This document shows, piece by piece, positions 58,797 through 64,000 of a stretch of 64,000 nucleotides of DNA. The notes beneath the pieces are model-generated. The model was not told the DNA's origin. It did not search any database and saw only the letters and a program-made list of their open reading frames with translations. The position numbers and the translations under genes are program-made. The stretch's first letter is position 1, and each line of letters starts with the position of its first letter. Source of the DNA: Veleropilina oligotropha (taxonomy: Eukaryota); contig JBEUKZ010000036.1 in assembly GCA_048128005.1 (NCBI GenBank), forward strand, positions 62,001 to 126,000, given 5' to 3'.

Positions 58797-61497
58797 AAAC
58801 AAGAACCACGGTCCGATATGTCTCGCCCTTTAAATATATATATATCAATGTATCAGACATTTCCATTCAATGAAAAACTTTAACCAAAATGTATATGTCC
58901 AAAAACACCAATTTCATGCATTATTTATATAAAATTCCAGTCAATAACAGTTCCAGAGTATCAGGTGTTGTCCATATAACCATTACCAATGCATATGTAT
59001 GCATAAAAGTGCCTTTAGCAACCCATACACTTGCAATGAAAAACTTTAACCGAAAAAACTGTAACCAAAATTTCTATGTCAAAAAACACCAATTTCATGC
59101 ATTATTTATATAAAATTCCAGTCAATAACAGTTCCAGAGTATCAGGTGTTGTCCATATAACCATTACCAATGCATATGTATGCATAAAAGTGCCTTTAGC
59201 AACCCATACACATGCAATGAAAAACTTTAACCGAAAAAACTTTAACCAAAATTTCTATGTCCAAAAACACCAATTTCATGCATTATTTATATAAAATTCC
59301 AGTCAATAACAGTTCCAGAGTATCAGGTGTTGTCCATATAACCATTACCAATGCATATGTATGCATAAAAGTGCCTTTAGCAACCCATACACTTGCAATG
59401 AAAAACTTTAACCGAAAAAACTTTAACCAAAATTTATATGTCAAAAAACACCAATTTCATGCATTATTTATATAAAATTCCAGTCAATAACAGTTCCAGA
59501 GTATCAGGTGTTGTCCATATAACCATTACCAATGCATATGTATGCATAAAAGTGCCTTTAGCAACCCATACACATGCAATGAAAAACTTTAACCGAAAAA
59601 ACTTTAACCAAAATTTAAACACCAATTTCATGCATTATTTATATAAAATTCCAGTCAATAACAGTTCCAGAGTATCAGGTGTTGTCCATATAACCATTAC
59701 CAATGCATATGTATGCATAAAAGTGCCTTTAGCAACCCATACACTTGCAATGAAAAACTTTAACCGAAAAAACTTTAACCAAAATTTCTATGTCAAAAAA
59801 CACCAATTTCATGCATTATTTATATAAAATTCCAGTCAATAACAGTTCCAGAGTATCAGGTGTTGTCCATATAACCATTACCAATGCATATGTATGCATA
59901 AAAGTGCCTTTAGCAACCCATACACATGCAATGAAAAACTTTAACCGAAAAAACTTTAACCAAAATTTCTACGTAAAAAAACACAAATTTCATGCATTAT
60001 TTATATAAAATTCCAGTCAATAACAGTTCCAGAGTATCAGGTGTTGTCCATATAACCATTACCAATGCATATGTATGCATAAAAGTGCCTTTAGCAACCC
60101 ATACACATGCAATGAAAAACTTTAACCGAAAAAACTTTAACCAAAATTTCTGTCAAAAAACACCAATTTCACACATTATTTATATAAAATTCCAGTCAAT
60201 AACAGTTCCATGTTGTCCGTATAACCATTACCAATGCATATGTATGCATAAAAGGGCCTTTAGCAACCCATACACATGCAATGAAAAACTTTAACCGAAA
60301 AAACTTTAACCAAAATTTCTATGTCAAAAAACACCAATTTCATGCATTATTTATATAAAATTCCAGTCAATAACAGTTCCAGAGTATCAGGTGTTGTCCA
60401 TATAACCATTACCAATGCATATGTATGCATAAAAGTGCCTTTAGCAACCCATACACTTGCAATGAAAAACTTTAACCGAAAAAACTTTAACCAAAATTTC
60501 TATGTCAAAAAACACCAATTTCATGCATTATTTATATAAAATTCCAGTCAATAACAGTTCCAGAGTATCAGGTGTTGTCCATATAACCATTACCAATGCA
60601 TATGTATGCATAAAAGTGCCTTTAGCAACCCATACACATGCAATGAAAAACTTTAACCGAAAAAAACTGTAACCAAAATTTCTATGTCCAAAAACACCAA
60701 TTTCATGCATTATTTATATAAAATTCCAGTCAATAACAGTTCCAGAGTATCCGGTGTTGTCCATATAACCATTACCAATGCATATGTATGCATACAAGTG
60801 CCTTTAGCAACCCATACACTTGCAATGAAAAACTTTAACCGAAAAAACTTTAACCAAAATTTCTATGTCAAAAAACACCAATTTCATGCATTATTTATAT
60901 AAAATTCCAGTCAATAACAGTTCCAGAGTATCAGGTGTTGTCCATATAACCATTACCAATGCATATGTATGCATAAAAGTGCCATTAGCAACCCATACAC
61001 ATGCAATGAAAAACTTTAACCGAAAAAACTGTAACCAAAATTTCTATGTCAAAAAACACCAATTTCATGCATTATTTATATAAAATTCCAGTCAATAACA
61101 GTTCCAGAGTATCAGGTGTTGTCCATATAACCATTACCAATGCATATGTATGCATAAAAGTGCCTTTAGCAACCCATACACATGCAATGAAAAACTTTAA
61201 CCGAAAAAACTTTAACCAAAATTTATATGTCAAAAAACACCAATTTCATGCATTATTTATATAAAATTCCAGTCAATAACAGTTCCAGAGTATCAGGTGT
61301 TGTCCATATAACCATTACCAATGCATATGTATGCATAAAAATGCCTTTAGCAACCCATACACATGCAATGAAAAACTTTAACCGAAAATGACACGCCGAC
61401 GACGACGCAGACGACGACGCCGACGACGACGACGCCGACGCCGACGCCGGAAAATGTAATCCCTAAGTCTCGCTTTCCCTTCGGGGCGAGACAAAAA
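58797..61497 (+). mobile_element. Helentron/HINE-like element Z, inner layer, carrying the 181-bp array
   Basis: AAACAAG..GTCTCGC start, (GAC/GCC)n, and end hairpin GTCTCGC..GCGAGAC followed by AAAAA. The flanks rejoin as in the empty paralogue at 62720-62760. Confidence 0.8.
58870..61388. repeat. 181-bp tandem array, ~14 near-identical units
   Basis: The 181-bp period shows in the repeated ORF starts at 59076, 59257 and 59438. Confidence 0.97.
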
Positions 61498-64000
61498 GCA
61501 CCTTTTTATACCATCTTCTTCGGCCAAACGGCTAAAGTGAGCTACGCGATGTTCCTAAATAATGATCTTCACTATGTGAAGAAAAATGTTTGAGAGCGAA
61601 AATGTTATCGGAACAAAAGCAAGGCAGTTACGGCCATCTGAATCTCTCAATAATTTTGAAAAAATCACACTTTTTTATTTCAGCGGTAACTTTTAAACCA
61701 TTTAACCGACTGCTTTCAATGATCTTGGGCATGTGTATATCACTAGGGTGTTATGTTTGTTGCAAGAATTTGGTCGCTAAACGTCACAGTTTCGGCGCCA
61801 TCGTTGATTTTTTGAAAACTTTAAAATGCGCTTTTCTCCGAACTGGGTTGTGTGATCCAATAAAAAATTTGTAGTTCTGATCAGCATCACATCTGTATAT
61901 GTTGCTGTAATCGAATAATTTGTTAGATAAAATAAAATGGAGTTATAAAAGAAATTAAATTTCAAAATTGAATTGGCTGCAACTTTTTTAATTTTTAAGT
62001 ACATGAATCGTAATATAATTCATCTTGTTCATATCAAAGTTATCTAATATAATATTAATTAAAAAAATCGCAAAAATGAATTTTTTTGACAGTTATTAAG
62101 CAATGATCTTTGATATTATAGACCTGAAATACTTCGTTCACCATTATCCGATTTAAGTTAAATTTGCACTGAAACTATACTGTATTAAGATCATTTTAAT
62201 TGGAAATTTTGGCATGCATATGATCAATATTTTTTATGTTTATAAGACATATTTTTATTCCTACTACAGTCTTAGGAAGGCGATTACAGCATTTATGATG
62301 TTATCATGAATGAAGTTGTGGCATTTTATGATCTGGTCTTGCAGATGTCGTAAAGGCTGCCTGGTGTAGGCAGTTTATGATGCTGATTTATTGACTCTAC
62401 ACGCATGTACTCAGTCCCAGTGACCACTTCTATATATCTCATTAGAATTAACCAGGGGTGATTCATGGCTAACACCATTAAACTAGACTAATGAAAATTG
62501 TGGAATAAGGGAGCCTACTATGTTGTCACTGTTAAGATCCCCCCCCCCCCCCCCCCTACACCACACTACTTAATAGACTCTGATTTTTGTACCAGTGATA
62601 ACTCCCAAACCACTAATAAAACAAAAAATCTAAAAATGGTAAACATGTAGCTATGGTACTGAAGTTCAGACGCACTTAATTTCAGCCAAGTGGCGCTATC
62701 GGCTTACCGGTAATCAAGACTTTCTCTTTAAAAAAAACACCTTTTATACCATCTTCTTCTGTCAAACGGCTGAAGTGATCAACGCGATGTTAATAATAAT
62801 AATACATACATACATACATTTATGTAGCGAATTCATCTGTCGTGCAGTACTTCTGTTTGGCTACGATTTCTTTAACATAACTTCATAAGTATTAACGCAT
62901 TGTCATATGCTGTGAGATCGGGACTTCACGCGGGCCACTTTAATGGTGCAGGCAAGTTGCTTATTTTTGTTTCCTCTCTCATCTTGGAGCCCTTTTAGCT
63001 GCTTGCAGCTTTAATTTATATTATAAATTACTTGCAGATGTTGAAGCAGCATCAATATAGTAAACACTAAAGTATATATGGATGTAAAACAGTGCCTAGA
63101 ACAAACCATATGCCAATAAACAAAAACTTTAACCAAAATCCACAAACACCTATTTTTATGCAATAATTATATTAAATTTAATTCAACATCACTTCCATAG
63201 TATCAGTTGACATTCATATTATCAATACCAAAGCATATATACACCAAAATGTTGCTTCAGCAACCCATATACACTCAATGAAAAACTTTAACCAGAAACT
63301 TTAACCAAAATTTCTATGTTCAAAAACACCTACATTTATGCAATAATTATATTAAATTTTATTCAATCTCACTTCCAGAGTACCAGGTGTCATCCATACA
63401 ACGCCTACAAAAGCATATATATGCCAAAAAGTATCATGGGAAAGCTACATACACTCAATTCAAAACTTTAACCAAATTGTTTACGAATGTACGGATGCCT
63501 GGATGGATGGACGGACGTACGGACGGACAGGGCAACAACAATATCCCCCGCTGCCTTCGGGCGGGGGATAAAAATTGAATAGAAGTCCATTATATGGTTT
63601 GGATCGATCCTTAATCTGGGGCGGCGGAGCCTTTTTGAAAGTGGGGGGACTGCATGGCTTTAGCCAAAATGTACCATCAACTGCCCGCATGGTGTGAAAT
63701 CCTCTCTCCTGCGTTCTGCCAGTTCGAAAGCCAAATTTCTTAGCATCATTTATTAACCTTTTCCACAAATTAAACGAGTGAATTTTGCGTTTTTTCACAA
63801 AATGGGTTGTTCGCATCTCCTGTTAGATTTGACCCATCATCACTAAGTGAATTTCTCTCTGTCACAATTTACGTGTCTTATTAGTTGGTTGTTTGGCAAC
63901 ATTGTTTTACGACCATTTTTAGCAAATTTTCAGCTGTATTGTAGTTGGGACACCCGGTTTAAGGTCTCACTCCGATCGGATCTGACCGACATACATTTAA

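Larger units (their letters stand above)
58405..63014 (-). mobile_element. Helentron/HINE-like element Y, middle layer; its 53-bp terminal hairpin unit is repeated x4 (58405-58617)
   Basis: Minus-strand start TTAAAGCTGCAAGCAGCTAAAAGGGCTCCAA, the same architecture as 10046-11205; end hairpin AGGGCTCCA..TGGAGCCCT. Confidence 0.72.
58300..63574 (+). mobile_element. Helentron-like element X, second copy; outer layer of a nest
   Basis: 58310-58405 and 63015-63285 are contiguous in the 25860-26244 copy. It ends with (GGAY)n and the hairpin TATCCCCCGC..GCGGGGGATA followed by AAA. Confidence 0.7.

Noticed and set aside
58889..61264. Repeated 72-aa ORFs (MSKNTNFMHY...)
   Set aside because: By-products of the 181-bp array; the unit length is not a multiple of 3.

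Overview
This is eukaryotic DNA, AT-rich with spliceosomal introns and invertebrate-type repeats. A lophotrochozoan/mollusc-like source is my inference, not something shown. The window opens with the first coding exon of a Porcupine (PORCN)-like gene on the minus strand. Most of the rest is a transposon nest. It holds five DIRS1-type tyrosine-recombinase retrotransposons from two families plus a fragment of a third, all on the minus strand, with one copy nested in another. It also holds a 72-bp minisatellite split by a young 5'-truncated RTE-X-like LINE, several Helentron/HINE-like elements (triply nested at 58-63.5 kb, with a 181-bp array), a 6-bp-TSD DNA transposon, SINE/L2 fragments, and a six-exon ORF ahead of a CACTG-type transposon end. 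Comparing the DIRS copies shows three features the standard DIRS model does not name: (1) a conserved 38-40 nt GT-AG mini-intron whose removal joins the zinc-finger exon to gag but which is retained in every copy that still has the region; (2) a 20-25 nt long-range 5'UTR/3'UTR complementarity kept in both families despite different sequence; (3) covarying hairpin arrays in both UTRs. All alignments, pairings and family assignments were made by eye; no searches or folding programs were run.
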